Assembly: GCF_001194135.2 (NCBI RefSeq)
Contig: NC_068986.1
Span: 27,279,411-27,337,405 of the forward strand
Direction of reading: 5' to 3'
Source: Octopus bimaculoides
Lineage: Eukaryota
DNA: 57,995 nucleotides
A program made the position numbers and the translations under genes. Below are positions 1 to 13,785 of this stretch, piece by piece (position 1 is the stretch's first letter; each line of letters starts with the position of its first letter). Below the pieces are notes generated by a model. That model searched no databases and was not told the origin of the DNA. It worked only from the letters and a program-made list of their open reading frames with translations.

Positions 1-697
1 GTAGTAGTAATAATATTATTAATAATAATAATAATAATGTGGAATTTTTTTTAATCAGAAAGAAAATAAATGTAAAAGGGAAATCTTTTGTAAAAAACCA
101 AAAAAAAAAAAAAAAAACTAAAAAAAAAATGTATTCATCTTTAAGTTAGATGTAATATCTGGACGCAAGCCAATGGATTGGGAAGACAGATGAGGTTGGG
201 GTGGTAAAGGAGATAGGAGATGAGGTGGCAGGAAAATTTAGTGAAATGTCAGTGATGGTGGCAGTTGGAAGTTGAGATGGTGAGGTTTGTGTTATTGTTG
301 TTGTTGTTGTTGGGGTGGTGATGGTGGTGGAAGTGATTTTTTGAATCAGTGGGTGGAGAAAGAGGTTAAATAGAAGAGAAGAATATTTTTAAAATAAATG
401 AATAAATAAATAGATGATGAAAACTAAATAAAAACAAAAAAAAAACATTAAATAAATGGAGAAAAAAAAATTACAACAGGAGAGAAGAGAGTTGAAGAAA
501 CATAGACAGAATTAACGATAGGCAAGCAGATTTTATTTGGATATGATTTTAATGGAATGTAAAAGTAAGCTTCAGGATTTCTGTCAAATTAAAGATGTAC
601 ATAGAACCAGAATACAACTCTATCCTATCATTCTCTCCTTTTCTTTACATTAACGACTTAGCCACCTATCAGGTTAGGCTAACTTTTCTTTAGAGCC

Positions 698-763
<66 letters not shown>

Positions 764-800
764 TACTAGTAGTAGTAGTAGTAGTAGTAGTAGTAATAAT
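698..800. repeat. Compound (TAT)n-(TAG)n microsatellite
   Basis: Directly visible; source of the poly-I/poly-L ORF 674-910. Confidence 0.95.
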
Positions 801-984
801 AGAAGAGCAGATGGTGGATTGGCAGAATCAGTGTTGCAGTATTTCTTTGGGTGGGGTGGATCTACGTTGCCTTTCATTCTTCTGGGGTCAATAACATTAG
901 TATCTGTCAAGTACTAGGGTTGATATAATCATCCAACCCCTACTGTATCAAGTTTTAGGTCATGTGCCTATATTTGAAACATTA

Positions 985-1358
985 TTATTACTATAATATT
1001 TTAACTCGCATTCCGTTGGAACTTCTGGAGTCTTGCAAGCATAGTGGGCTTGCTACGGTACCATGTTATATGTTTTCTTCAACTATCTAATACTTTCCTG
1101 ATGATTCTGACTGTGCCAAGAGGGCAAATCCTTTGTAATAGTTCTATTCACTTCCTTTATATTCCCCTATTCCCATTTCCTTAATATTCCTCTTGATGCC
1201 TTCTGATACTGTCCCCAAGGACAATAATTGGCACTGTCTTCACTCTCTTCATTTTCCACAATTGAGCCATCTTGTATTTAAGAAGATTGTATAATGTTTA
1301 TTTTTTTGCCTGCCTTCTTGACTGTCCTTATGTCAAAGAGGCACACAACATCAATGAT
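985..1358 (-). mobile_element. 3' fragment of R4/Dong-like non-LTR retrotransposon (restriction-like endonuclease C-terminus), frameshifted
   Basis: Minus-strand translation across frameshifts gives IIDVVCLFDIRTVKK...LKYKMAQLWKMKRVKTVPIIVLG...TVSEGIKRNIKEMGI...IELLQRICPLGTVRIIRKVLDS* (stop 1081-1079). This resembles the RLE C-terminal consensus I recall for R4-clade elements (IIDVA.P.D...K...EI.RLW....V.P++IG.LG...LLQK..LLGT.RI+RKVL). A (TAA)-rich tail follows near 985. Confidence 0.75.
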
Positions 1359-2239
1359 AGAGCAAGGGGCATGCAATGGGATTGGACCTGGAACCTTGTA
1401 GTTAGGAAGCAAATTTCTTACCACTCACTCATCATGTCTGCACCTATGAAATATAAATGCATAAAATATTCTAAGTTTCTCACTATACATGCATTCCGAA
1501 ATATACAAAAAAAAGTAGTCTATATACACATATAACCAAATTTACACATTCAATGTTGCTAGCTGTACATGAATACATTAACTAGTTGGTGCATACTGTC
1601 TATGTATGCCAATAAACGCATACATATGTACATTCATAGCTACAGATATACACACAGCTCACATTGCACTTGTGTCTACACACACATTCATGTTCAACTT
1701 ACATTTATATAAAATCCTGTTTCTCATGACAATACTGAAACATATAAACAAATCACATATAAACATACTTACACTGGTCAAGATTGCGCAATATCATAAT
1801 AATCATACCAACCTTTAACTTCAAGACATGTGGCAACATTCCCAATAGAGCCTATGTATTATTTTCAGAAATTGACTAAATATACACAACTGTAGTTACG
1901 TGTTATATCTATTGCATATTATATATATATTTATATATGCAACATTTTGTATATACAGAAGTGATCAAAATTACTTGGGATGTTGAGTTATGTCTATCTA
2001 ATATTCATATACAAACTTTTGTGTATAAACATATGCTGAAAACCATTTGGGACATGTTTATTCTCTAAATCTTCATGCCAGTCAAATTATTTTTAGAAAA
2101 AATTAAAAACATACATAATATCTAAAAGTTGCATAAATTCTGTGGCTACATGTTATATAGAAAGATATTCAAAATTAGTCAGGATGCTTTGCGTGACACT
2201 AAATATATAAATACACCTTAGTAATTATTTTTTTTATCA

Positions 2240-2286
<47 letters not shown>

Positions 2287-3729
2287 TATTATTATTAATA
2301 TTATTATTGTTGTTGTTGTATTTTGCTGTGAATGGATGTATTGTCANNNNNNNNNNNNNNNNNNNNNNNNNNNNNNNNNNNNNNNNNNNNNNNNNNNNNN
2401 NNNNNNNNNNNNNNNNNNNNNNNNNNNNNNNNNNNNNNNNNNNNNNNNNNNNNNNNNNNNNNNNNNNNNNNNNNNNNNNNNNNNNNNNNNNNNNNNNNNN
2501 NNNNNNNNNNNNNNNNNNNNNNNNNNNNNNNNNNNNNNNNNNNNNNNNNNNNNNNNNNNNNNNNNNNNNNNNNNNNNNNNNNNNNNNNNNNNNNNNNNNN
2601 NNNNNNNNNNNNNNNNNNNNNNNNNNNNNNNNNNNNNNNNNNNNNNNNNNNNNNNNNNNNNNNNNNNNNNNNNNNNNNNNNNNNNNNNNNNNNNNNNNNN
2701 NNNNNNNNNNNNNNNNNNNNNNNNNNNNNNNNNNNNNNNNNNNNNNNNNNNNNNNNNNNNNNNNNNNNNNNNNNNNNNNNNNNNNNNNNNNNNNNNNNNN
2801 NNNNNNNNNNNNNNNNNNNNNNNNNNNNNNNNNNNNNNNNNNNNNNNNNNNNNNNNNNNNNNNNNNNNNNNNNNNNNNNNNNNNNNNNNNNNNNNNNNNN
2901 NNNNNNNNNNNNNNNNNNNNNNNNNNNNNNNNNNNNNNNNNNNNNNNNNNNNNNNNNNNNNNNNNNNNNNNNNNNNNNNNNNNNNNNNNNNNNNNNNNNN
3001 NNNNNNNNNNNNNNNNNNNNNNNNNNNNNNNNNNNNNNNNNNNNNNNNNNNNNNNNNNNNNNNNNNNNNNNNNNNNNNNNNNNNNNNNNNNNNNNNNNNN
3101 NNNNNNNNNNNNNNNNNNNNNNNNNNNNNNNNNNNNNNNNNNNNNNNNNNNNNNNNNNNNNNNNNNNNNNNNNNNNNNNNNNNNNNNNNNNNNNNNNNNN
3201 NNNNNNNNNNNNNNNNNNNNCATTATTATTGTCGCTTTCTTGGAATTACTTTTCTTTGGAATTATTCATTTAGCCAATTAATAATTTGTCCTTATTGTTT
3301 TATTTATTTCATCATCAGTTTAAGTGCTTTGTTTGTTTCTTAAAATATCTTTCATTCATTAATTAAAAAATTTTTTCCTCTTCCTTTTCTTTTCAATGCC
3401 TTTAATTTTTTTCACTGCAATCTTGATCTACTCTTGTCTTATACTACTTTCAAGATGAGAAACATATCATTTTAAATCATCCATGTCAATGACCTTATGA
3501 TGTTTGTGGTGTAGTTAAAATGCTGAATAAAACAAATAATAAAGTAATGCAATCAGATGTTTAAATTCTGCTTTACCTTCTGACGTAAGTTTAATTGCTC
3601 TACTTGTCTGAATGTATTTAAAATACGATGAAAATAGGTACCATTGTGCTACTGGTGTGGAAAAAACCCATCAAGTGAAGGTAAAGGGTAGTCACGCTGC
3701 AAAGCACCTTGGGTATGTGTCTTCTACTA

Positions 3730-4133
3730 GGCACAGATATGGTTGAGTACTTAAGAAACTTGCTTCCCAACCACATAGTTTCGGGTTCAGTCCCGCTCCA
3801 TGGCACTTTGGGTATGTGTGTTCTTTGATGGCTCTAGGTCAACCAAAGCATTGTGAGTAGATTTCATTAATTGAAAGAAGCCTCTCATATGTGTGTGTGT
3901 CTCCCTCCCTCCTGCCTTGTTTTGACATTATGTGATTATTGTGAATGTCATTCCAGCATTCTTCAAAACCATGTCTGGTCAAGGGGAAATATTACCTTGT
4001 GAGGGAAACAGGGAGAGGTTGGCATTAGGAAGGGCATCTGACCATGGAAAATCTGCTGCCTCAATAGACTCAGTTCGACCCAGGCAAACATTGAAAAGTG
4101 GATGTTAAAACATTAATGATGATGATGATGACG
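3730..4133 (+). mobile_element. Degenerate tRNA-type SINE family A with RTE-type (GAT)n tail
   Basis: Head and body similar to 25437-25600; 3' part similar to the RTE 3' end at 33460-33616; ends in (GAT)n. Confidence 0.7.
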
Positions 4134-6849
4134 ACTCTTGCAATTATTTGAATTTGTAAAAGATTTCCAATTGATAGCTGATAGGATAAAAATTTTAAAA
4201 AAGTTCAAGGAACAAAAAAAAAAAAAAGTAATGCAGATAGATGTGATCAGTGTAAATTGAAAACAAGCAAGAAATAGGTAGTTAAAGAGTAGAAGCTAAA
4301 AACAAGTCTTTNNNNNNNNNNNNNNNNNNNNNNNNNNNNNNNNNNNNNNNNNNNNNNNNNNNNNNNNNNNNNNNNNNNNNNNNNNNNNNNNNNNNNNNNN
4401 NNNNNNNNNNNNNNNNNNNNNNNNNNNNNNNNNNNNNNNNNNNNNNNNNNNNNNNNNNNNNNNNNNNNNNNNNNNNNNNNNNNNNNNNNNNNNNNNNNNN
4501 NNNNNNNNNNNNNNNNNNNNNNNNNNNNNNNNNNNNNNNNNNNNNNNNNNNNNNNNNNNNNNNNNNNNNNNNNNNNNNNNNNNNNNNNNNNNNNNNNNNN
4601 NNNNNNNNNNNNNNNNNNNNNNNNNNNNNNNNNNNNNNNNNNNNNNNNNNNNNNNNNNNNNNNNNNNNNNNNNNNNNNNNNNNNNNNNNNNNNNNNNNNN
4701 NNNNNNNNNNNNNNNNNNNNNNNNNNNNNNNNNNNNNNNNNNNNNNNNNNNNNNNNNNNNNNNNNNNNNNNNNNNNNNNNNNNNNNNNNNNNNNNNNNNT
4801 TAAACATTTATTGATTTTAAGTATGGATGGATACTTGTCGCTGAATTTGATATGCATTTATTTATTTTTTTTTACTTTTATTAATTTTAGTTTTAACTCT
4901 TAAGAGGAAACTTTTTTTTTTTTTAATTGTCATCTTGATTAATTCCTCCACCACCACCACCATCACCATCACCACCGCCACCATCGCCACCACCACCGCA
5001 GTGTTTTGATCCAGTTGCATTCTTTTTCCCCTTCACTGCTCCTTATGAATCAATTAGCAGGGGCGTCTTTCCAAATAAAACCATTATTTATACTAATGAG
5101 AATGCATTTTTAAGAACATATATAGCATGTTTTCCACTACTTAAGTGCGAAACTATTAGACATCCTGAACCTACTTGAGGCAGTTAAATCTTTCAAATCC
5201 TTCTCCTCCTCCCCTACCTTTCAGCAATTTTACTAATTCCTTCCTCTTTCTCCCCTGAGGAATGGAATCATTTACTAGTTAAGAGGCATTTAACATCTGA
5301 AGTTTGGATACGTAGTAGCCAAAATAAGTTTCCTTCTATAAGGTTTCAAATATTTAACTTTTTTTTAAATATTTTCCTCTACAAGGTGAAACAAACTCTT
5401 CCAACTACTTCATCATACTTTATTATTAAAGGCTGTGTAGTTGAGAAGTTTGCCTCCCAGCCACAAGGTTTCAGGTTCAGTCCCACTGTATGGCATACTA
5501 AGTGTGTACTTTATCCCTTTTGAGTAGATTTGTTAGATGGAAACTGAAAGAAGACTTCCTTGTGTGTGTATGTGTGTGTTTGTATGCATATGCATATGCA
5601 TGTGCCTTGTGTTCATATCTGTGTCCACTTGCCTGAAAGTGCAGCAGATGGTGTTGCGGTCAGTTTCTCTCGGTCACTTTGTGTCTCTGAAGCTGTGAAA
5701 AAAAAGTAGTGGTTAGTATTGGGCAGAGCAGCCAGCTGTAAAACAATGCCTCAAATAACATATCTGTTCAACTTGTCCAAGCATAGACAAAAATCAACCT
5801 GAAACGAATAGACAACCCACATCTTAAGAAAATATTCTTTATATATTGACTCTGTCAGTTTCAAGTCAGTGGAGGAACTGCTACACAAACATTTGACTTG
5901 CTAGAAATAGCAGCTAAATTTCCCTCGCATCACGCCCTCCCATCTTAAAGAAATTGAGATGTATTGGGCAATGTATGCTAAGGTGTACAAAAATAACAAG
6001 CTGGTCACAGCTGGAATGCCTTGGATTATAGAAAGGGTTTGACCAGAGGCTAAGCAACAACTCTCTCAGATTGAACTCAAAATACTTTGGGCTATGTGAA
6101 ACCAGGAAATGTGTAGCAATTTACTGTTTGCTTGCTCAGGCAATACCAAACACTGTTTCTCAGTATTGCAAGAGCTGTTTGTGTCATTTACTTTGAGAAT
6201 TCGTGTGAGCTTTATTTACTAAAACTACATTCTTCTTTCTTGTCTGTTGTGCACAAATTTTGATTTTTCTCTTTGAAGTGAATATCAGTTTAATACCTTC
6301 CATATTGAGTTTTGCAAAGTATAGCTTTGATGGATAACTTTCTCTAATGGAGTAGAAAAAAACTAAAAAACATAAATGTGTTAATCCCTTGGCAGCATTG
6401 TGATGCTTAAGGAAATGTACTAATTATTTCTAGTAAGATATCATTGATTTTGGTAAGCTTGGGGCTTGTACACTGTATCACACATATATATTTGCCCCCT
6501 TTTATCTTTGAAGTGGGTGGGTTCTGTCGCACAAATTTCAATACTTTCTCTCAACTCTGATCTTAGAACTTCCACTGCAAATTCAATGAAATTCCTTGTT
6601 TTGCTTGATAATCATCTGGACCATCTGAATTTTTTAATTGGCCAGAACGAGACTCATTGTCTGGTAACTAAATTCCATCTCCAGCTTCAGAGCTAAGAAT
6701 TTGGTAACAGTAGAGTTGAAATGTTGCAAGAATATTCAGTAATAACTTCTCACTCTTATCAAATAAAGAGTTCCTCTGGGTGACCACTCAGCCTTGGTCT
6801 GCTGTCCTCTTCTTTCTGTAAGACATTGGCATTTATTTACTGTTGTGAG

Positions 6850-7240
6850 AGGCACTGGTGTGGTTATGTGCTTAAGAAGCTTACCTTTCGACCATGTGGT
6901 CTTGGGTTCAGACCCATTGCATGGCTTTTTAGGTGTCTTCTACTGTAGGCCTGGGCCAACCAAAGCCTTTTAAGTGGATTTGATAGATGGGAACTCAAAG
7001 AAGTCTTGTGTGTGTGTGTGTCCTTGTCTAGACATCACATTATGGTTGTACATGTGCATCATCATTATCATACAAACAAGAAATCCATGTCAAGCTGTGA
7101 AGAAATATTACTGTGCTTGGAAACAGGTGAGGGTTGATGACAGGAAAGGCATCTGACTGTAGAAAATCTGCTTCAACAAATTCTGTCTGACCCATGCAAG
7201 CATGGAAAAAGGAACATTAAATGATGGTGATGATGATGAT
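6850..7240 (+). mobile_element. SINE family A with RTE-type (GAT)n tail
   Basis: Head ggttcagacccattgc...ccaaccaaagcctt...gatgggaactcaaagaag, internal (GT)n, tail aaggcatctgactgtagaaaatctg...cccatgcaagcatggaaaa...(GAT)n. Confidence 0.8.
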
Positions 7241-7601
7241 TCTATTACTCTCTTATTTCTCATATCTATCATTCATTGTAATTCAACACTAATAAATTCT
7301 CAATATTTTTTTGTACTTCACTATTTCTCTCTTTCTCTTCTTACAAATATTTCTAATTTTCAGCTACATTTTTTTACATGATAACGTTTTGACACTATTA
7401 ATTTCTTATTACTACTCAATTAATATACCATATTAACTGATATAGTCTTAATGTCGATCATTATTGCTAACATAGTTTTTGCTACTGGCTTAAAAAATTT
7501 TTTTTTTTTATATATACATTTTTCCTGTGTGTTTGTTTAATATCCTCTGTTATGTGTGTGTGTATATATATATACTTATATAGATATACATATACTCACA
7601 T

Positions 7602-7804
7602 TTATGTATGTATTGCTTCATTTTCATCTTTAGCTTTTTTCCTTGCTGGCTTGGATGCGGTAAGACTTATTGAGGTAGTTCTTTTTTCCAGCTGGTTGAC
7701 TTTCTTGTCATTAACTCCCACTTGTTTCCAAATAAGGTACAGCTTCCTCTGGTCTTTCAAATGGCATATCTGTGCCCCTCCCATCCCACTTTTTTTTTTT
7801 TTTG
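7602..7804 (-). CDS. Candidate exon of unknown minus-strand gene (KKKKSGMGGAQICHLKDQRKLYLIWKQVGV...EAIHT*)
   Basis: Strong acceptor ctctttttctattttgtacag at 7806-7805; open 67 codons in phase 1; a GTGAGT donor lies at 7599. No homology recognised. Confidence 0.25.
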
Positions 7805-8304
7805 CTGTACAAAATAGAAAAAGAGTACTCAATACATGTAGTAGAGTTTGTTTGGAAGCAGCTGAAGTTTCACTTCATTGCTATTTCTGCATAGCAACAG
7901 AGTAAACGACGAATCTCCTCTGAACATACACAACGGTATGTATGTATATGTGTGTGAATGTGTGAGCTGATTCTTTTTTGGAATATCCCAAAGCATAAAG
8001 CTATTAAGCACATAATTATTCGGTTGTAAAACTTTTTGGGAGAGAAAAAGACAAAAGCTGCTCATAGGACATGAACCTACATCTAATTATCAAGAGCAGA
8101 AGTTTTGATTTCATTTCTCATTAACCAAAACTACCCAACTTATTTCTGCACATGCTTCTCCCTCGCTCCTGACCTTTTGGTGTGTGTGTGTGTGTNNNNN
8201 NNNNNNNNNNNNNNNNNNNNNNNNNNNNNNNNNNNNNNNNNNNNNNNNNNNNNNNNNNNNNNNNNNNNNNNNNNNNNNNNNNNNNNNNNNNNNNNNNNNN
8301 NNNN

Positions 8305-8385
<81 letters not shown>

Positions 8386-8879
8386 CACACTCAGTTACAT
8401 ACATTTACACATAACTATTTAGTATATTAAATTTTAATTGTAGTTAATAACGTTTAATTTATTACTTTATAACCAGCACTAAAAATGCAATAATTGGGTT
8501 TCTATCCAGAAGTCACTTTGTTATTGATGAGGAATGCTGGAAACTATATAAATGGTGAATTTGCTGCTGTTATCAGTATTTCCTTCTCTTTCTTTCTTTA
8601 GACAGCATGTTGTCTGTTTCTTATTGAATACTGTTGTATAATAGTTATTTAATTTCTTGCTCCATATGTCTGTTGTTCATTATTTTTATTCAGTTTAAGC
8701 TAGACGTTAAATGTCTATTGTTGGACTGAGATGGAGAAACCTAATGCCAGCCACTAGATAGCAATTTCATTACGTTTCATTACATCACTGCTGTAACTAT
8801 TCATACATTATTACATCGGTGCACTAACACATCAGGTAATGTTATTAAATGCAATGATGACATGAAGCCTTTGTATAAT

Positions 8880-9085
8880 TCATGATACATTCAGCAACAT
8901 TGTCAAACCATTATGTGTAGTAGGGATGTCATTATCTGGTTGCCTTGCAAGTTGGATCCTGAAAGCAGCTAAAGCTGGTTGATCTGCACTGATTGGGTGA
9001 TGTTTAACTTGATTTGCATGTTTGCTCAAGAACGAAGATGATGTATCTGCAGTTGTATTATTAAGAATGGGATTTGAAAGATTCA
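8880..9085 (-). CDS. Candidate terminal exon (NLSNPILNNTTADTSSSFLSKHANQVKHHPISADQPALAAFRIQLARQPDND...*)
   Basis: 68 codons open in non-repetitive AT-rich DNA with coding-like codon usage (GCA, GAT, ACA, CCA); modest acceptor attgctctcag at 9087-9086 (phase 1). No homology recognised. Confidence 0.25.
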
Positions 9086-10837
9086 CTGAGAGCAATTGCT
9101 TATGAACTCAGACACTGTTAATAGTTTAGCATGTAGTTTTTACATCGTAACACAAAGTTACTTACAGTCTTGGTCAAAGTTCAGCCTTTATTGGATATTC
9201 TTCAGTCTGTCCAGCTATTTAAACACTTATCATTGGTTATCAACTCCTGTGTGTCTCCAGGTTCAGTTATGTCACTTTCACTTTCACTTCACTGTAATAA
9301 ATTGTTCTCTGTTACTTCTCTGTGTGTATGTGTGCGTATATGCACATACGTGCATACACACATTTACACATGCTCCTTTGTGGATGTTATGACCTTTCTT
9401 TTCTCTATAACCTAAAGCATATTCATGTGGTATGTTATTAGTATTTTTAGAAGTGATGATGAATGTGCATGTACGTATGTATATGTAGTGCATGTACACA
9501 CATATGTGCACACAGCTCAATGCTAATCATTAGTAGAGTGATTTAGTGGTAGGAGCTGAATATTTGTTTGACCAAATGCTTTGCTCACTTCTATCCACTC
9601 AGCTGCTCAGTAACTTTAACACCTAGGCAAGCTGCAAGAAGGAGGGGGACACAAGTATGTGCCTAATTTTTATTTCTTAATTTTTTTTTTTTTCATAACA
9701 AAATGTGAATTCCTGGTCGCATTGTCACTTTTGAGCCTCACATTTAAATCTGGTTTTATATGAAGAGGAAGGTCAGTGCTCATAACCCATTGATGTCTTT
9801 GTCAGTGATAGAGAGACAGCTTGATGATTTCCATTCAGGTAGAACGTGTGTGTGTGTGTGTGCAAGTGAAAGAGGGAAAGGTTACTCAATACATGCTGTT
9901 GGAGTTTATTTCATTAGCTGAGAATTGAAGCTTTGTTCTGTTATTGGTCTGAGTTTCAATGATCAAGTGTTTTGATTGTCCAGTAAGAAATTTAAAAAAA
10001 ATATTTTTACTTGTTTCAGTCATTGGACTCCGGCTATGCTGGGGTACCACCATCTTGAAAGGACCAGTTGAACAAATTGACCCCAGTACCTATTCTTTAA
10101 ATCTGCTACTCTTACTATTGGTCTCTTTTGCTCAACCACTAAGGTGATTGTCAAGTAATGTTGGAGAGACAAGCGCACACACACNNNNNNNNNNNNNNNN
10201 NNNNNNNNNNNNNNNNNNNNNNNNNNNNNNNNNNNNNNNNNNNNNNNNNNNNNNNNNNNNNNNNNNNNNNNNNNNNNNNNNNNNNNNNNNNNNNNNNNNN
10301 NNNNNNNNNNNNNNNNNNNNNNNNNNNNNNNNNNNNNNNNNNNNNNNNNNNNNNNNNNNNNNNNNNNNNNNNNNNNNNNNNNNNNNNNNNNNNNNNNNNN
10401 NNNNNNNNNNNNNNNNNNNNNNNNNNNNNNNNNNNNNNNNNNNNNNNNNNNNNNNNNNNNNNNNNNNNNNNNNNNNNNNNNNNNNNNNNNNNNNNNNNNN
10501 NNNNNNNNNNNNNNNNNNNNNNNNNNNNNNNNNNNNNNNNNNNNNNNNNNNNNNNNNNNNNNNNNNNNNNNNNNNNNNNNNNNNNNNNNNNNNNNNNNNN
10601 NNNNNNNNNNNNNNNNNNNNNNNNNNNNNNNNNNNNNNNNNNNNNNNNNNNTATATATATATATATATATATGGCGTGTTTGTTTTTTGTACCTTGTTTA
10701 TCTTTTTGTCCATGTTCTTTTGCAACGTCATGTACCCAGATATGTATCTATATGTACATGTAGATGAAAGTATATACATACATGTACATATATATGCATA
10801 TACTCATATATTGTTTATATATATATGTATATAACCT

Positions 10838-11185
10838 TGCCAGATCAGATTGGAGCCTGTTACAGCCTTCTGGCTTGCCAGCCCTCAGTCCAACCCATGC
10901 TGACATGGAAAACAAATGTTAAACGATGATGATGATGATATAAATGGCGCCATGTTAAATGGCATACATGCCAGAACTGTGTCGAGAGCACCGTTGTTAA
11001 TGCCACACAAAGGCACTCAGTACACTCTATAAAGTGGTTGGCATTAGGAAGGGCATCCGGCCTTAGAAACTGTACCAAAACTGATGACTGGTATCTGGTG
11101 CAGTCCTCTGGCTTGCCAGCTCCTGTCAAACTGTCCAACCCATGCCAGCATGGAAAATGGATGTTAAATGATGATGATGACGATA
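10838..11185 (+). mobile_element. Two tandem 5'-truncated RTE-type 3' tails
   Basis: Both units match 33460-33616 (gattggagcctg...gtccaacccatgc..catggaaaa...gttaaa(gat)n). Confidence 0.8.
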
Positions 11186-11591
11186 TGTTATTATCTTTGT
11201 CATAAGAGGTGACTAAGAAGTTTGTCATCAAAGTAGGCCTTAAAAAACAGTCTCATCTAACCCATTCCAATATGAGAAACAGGCATAACACCGATTATGA
11301 TGATATGCTGTCTAATTTTGTGTGTGTGTGTGTGTATCTGTCACTCAGTCCAGAGTACTATACTATTCAGCCTCATGCATTTTTTGTATTGGTTCCACCT
11401 GGTTCCGGAATATTGAAGTCCAGTTGTTGTGTTATTGTATAGTATTTATTGTCTGTTAGACATTTCTGGTACTGTATATTGGTACTGTCATGAAATTTAA
11501 ACTCATGAATAATCTACTGTGTTCTATTTGAATATTCAAAATTGTCATTATGTACAGATGTAACTGTACATTTATGAAAAGATGCTATGTT

Positions 11592-11637
<46 letters not shown>

Positions 11638-11647
11638 NNNNNNNNNN

Positions 11648-11691
<44 letters not shown>

Positions 11692-12239
11692 AAGCGAAGT
11701 GGGGTGTATTGTAGTTCTATTTGAAAAACTCTTAGAAGCAAGAACACATATTGGAACAAGTTGCAATAAGTTAAATAGACAAGCAGTCTGCTTACATATT
11801 TTACTATTCATACATATCTATATATATATGATCACAACTAGTCATACATGTGTGTGCCTATATATATATATACATATATATAAATATAAAGCAAATTTTA
11901 ATACATATTTACACACAATCAGAAATATATGTGTGTATGTGTATACAATTTTACACACACACACACACACATAAAATCAATAGTCATAAATAACTGTATG
12001 TGTGTGTAACATGTACAAAAATGTACTTGTATATAATAAAATCAATGCAATCATAACTATATACATGTAATATGTGTGTGTGTGTGTAAATATATATATA
12101 TGTGTGTATGTATATTTATATACATATATGTGCACCCATACATACACATATATAGTTAATTTTTATGTTTGTAAATATATATTTATTGTCATGCACATAT
12201 GCATGCATATAATAATAATCATATAAATATATAATTTTT

Positions 12240-12273
<34 letters not shown>

Positions 12274-12291
12274 TACAATATNNNNNNNNNN

Positions 12292-12329
<38 letters not shown>

Positions 12330-12687
12330 TCATATATGCATGTATACACACATACCTACAGATATTCATGCATGTGTGGATGCATATACATACATATGTA
12401 CATGTATATATGTAAGTTTTTATTTAGTTATTCCTTTGCAATTGTCATTCGCATCCAAAGTATGTTCTGAATTAGCAAGAAAATACTGAGAAGATAAGCT
12501 ATTGGTTGAAGAGAAAGAAATTATATATGAAGTATGCAAGTGAGTGTGCAACTATGCATACGCTCTAAGTGTAGAAACGTCTCTGTGCAAGTGTGTATGT
12601 CGGTGTGTTTGTGTGTATGCCAGTGTAATATATAATATATATATGTATAGAAAGATATAGATATGTATATATATATATGTGTGTGTC

Positions 12688-12719
<32 letters not shown>

Positions 12720-13147
12720 CCACTGACAGGAAGACATGATGGAAGCATATCTCAGATCTCTGGAAAGACGAAGAGGAAAGAGTAGGCGGAGGTGGAGGAG
12801 GAGAAAGAGGACTGGGGAGGAAAAAGCTGGGGTCTTATTGATTTTATGAAATGCTTTTAGACGTTGCTATCTCAGTTCTGCTTGACATAGTGACAGATAC
12901 ATACCTATATTCCAGCATTAGTGAGCTTTTATGTCTCATTTTTGCTTTTGCCTTTCTCACTTTTTCTTTTCCATTGCTTAAATTTTTTCCTTCTTCTTCA
13001 TGATTTATATGTATTTTTGTTTATTATTCTAGTTTTTTTTTTTTTGTGGAGGGTTCCTCACCACCCCCATCACTTTTTTTCCTATCTTTTTTCTTCCTTA
13101 TTATTTCCTTCTCTTTTTTTCTCCTTTTTAGTTTTTTCCTTCCTTCC

Positions 13148-13190
<43 letters not shown>

Positions 13191-13785
13191 TCTTTGTAAT
13201 TTTTTTTCTTTTTCGTTGTATTTTTTTTCTTGTTTTCCTTTGCCTTATACTCTAATCTAAAGAGTAAATGTAATAGGAATAGTGAGACAAAACAATAAAT
13301 AAATACATAAAATAAAAAAAGGAATAAAATAGAAGAACCAAGCAAAAATAAATAAATACATATATATATATATATAAAATGAATGTAAATAAAAAAAAAG
13401 AAGAAAATAATACACATACAAAACAACCACACACATGCACATACATACGCATAAGAAACTAGAAATAGCAAAGGAGGAAATAATAAAAACTAAATAAATA
13501 AATGAAAGAGAAAAAAGTAGTTATATGAGAGGAGAAGAAGAAATGGAGTTTTCCCTAGCTGCTTTGGAATCTTATTCCAAACTGCCACAGCTTGCAGATT
13601 TCTGATTACCATGTAAAAACCTGTCTGCTGGTCAATGATTGATGACAGTTTTCAGTAGGGAGTGTAAAATGTTATTTTCAGGTGCTGACAGAATTCTGTT
13701 GCCTGGTAACTGTCAGCTTTATTACTCCCTTCTTGCTCAATCCACCAACACCAATATCAAGCTGAATACCTACCACTCTACTTAC

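Noticed and set aside
2237-3343. Long ORFs spanning N-gaps (also 4247-4857, 10132-10834, 28852-30297, 31353-32069, 44250-44828)
   Set aside because: Open only because N codons are not stops.
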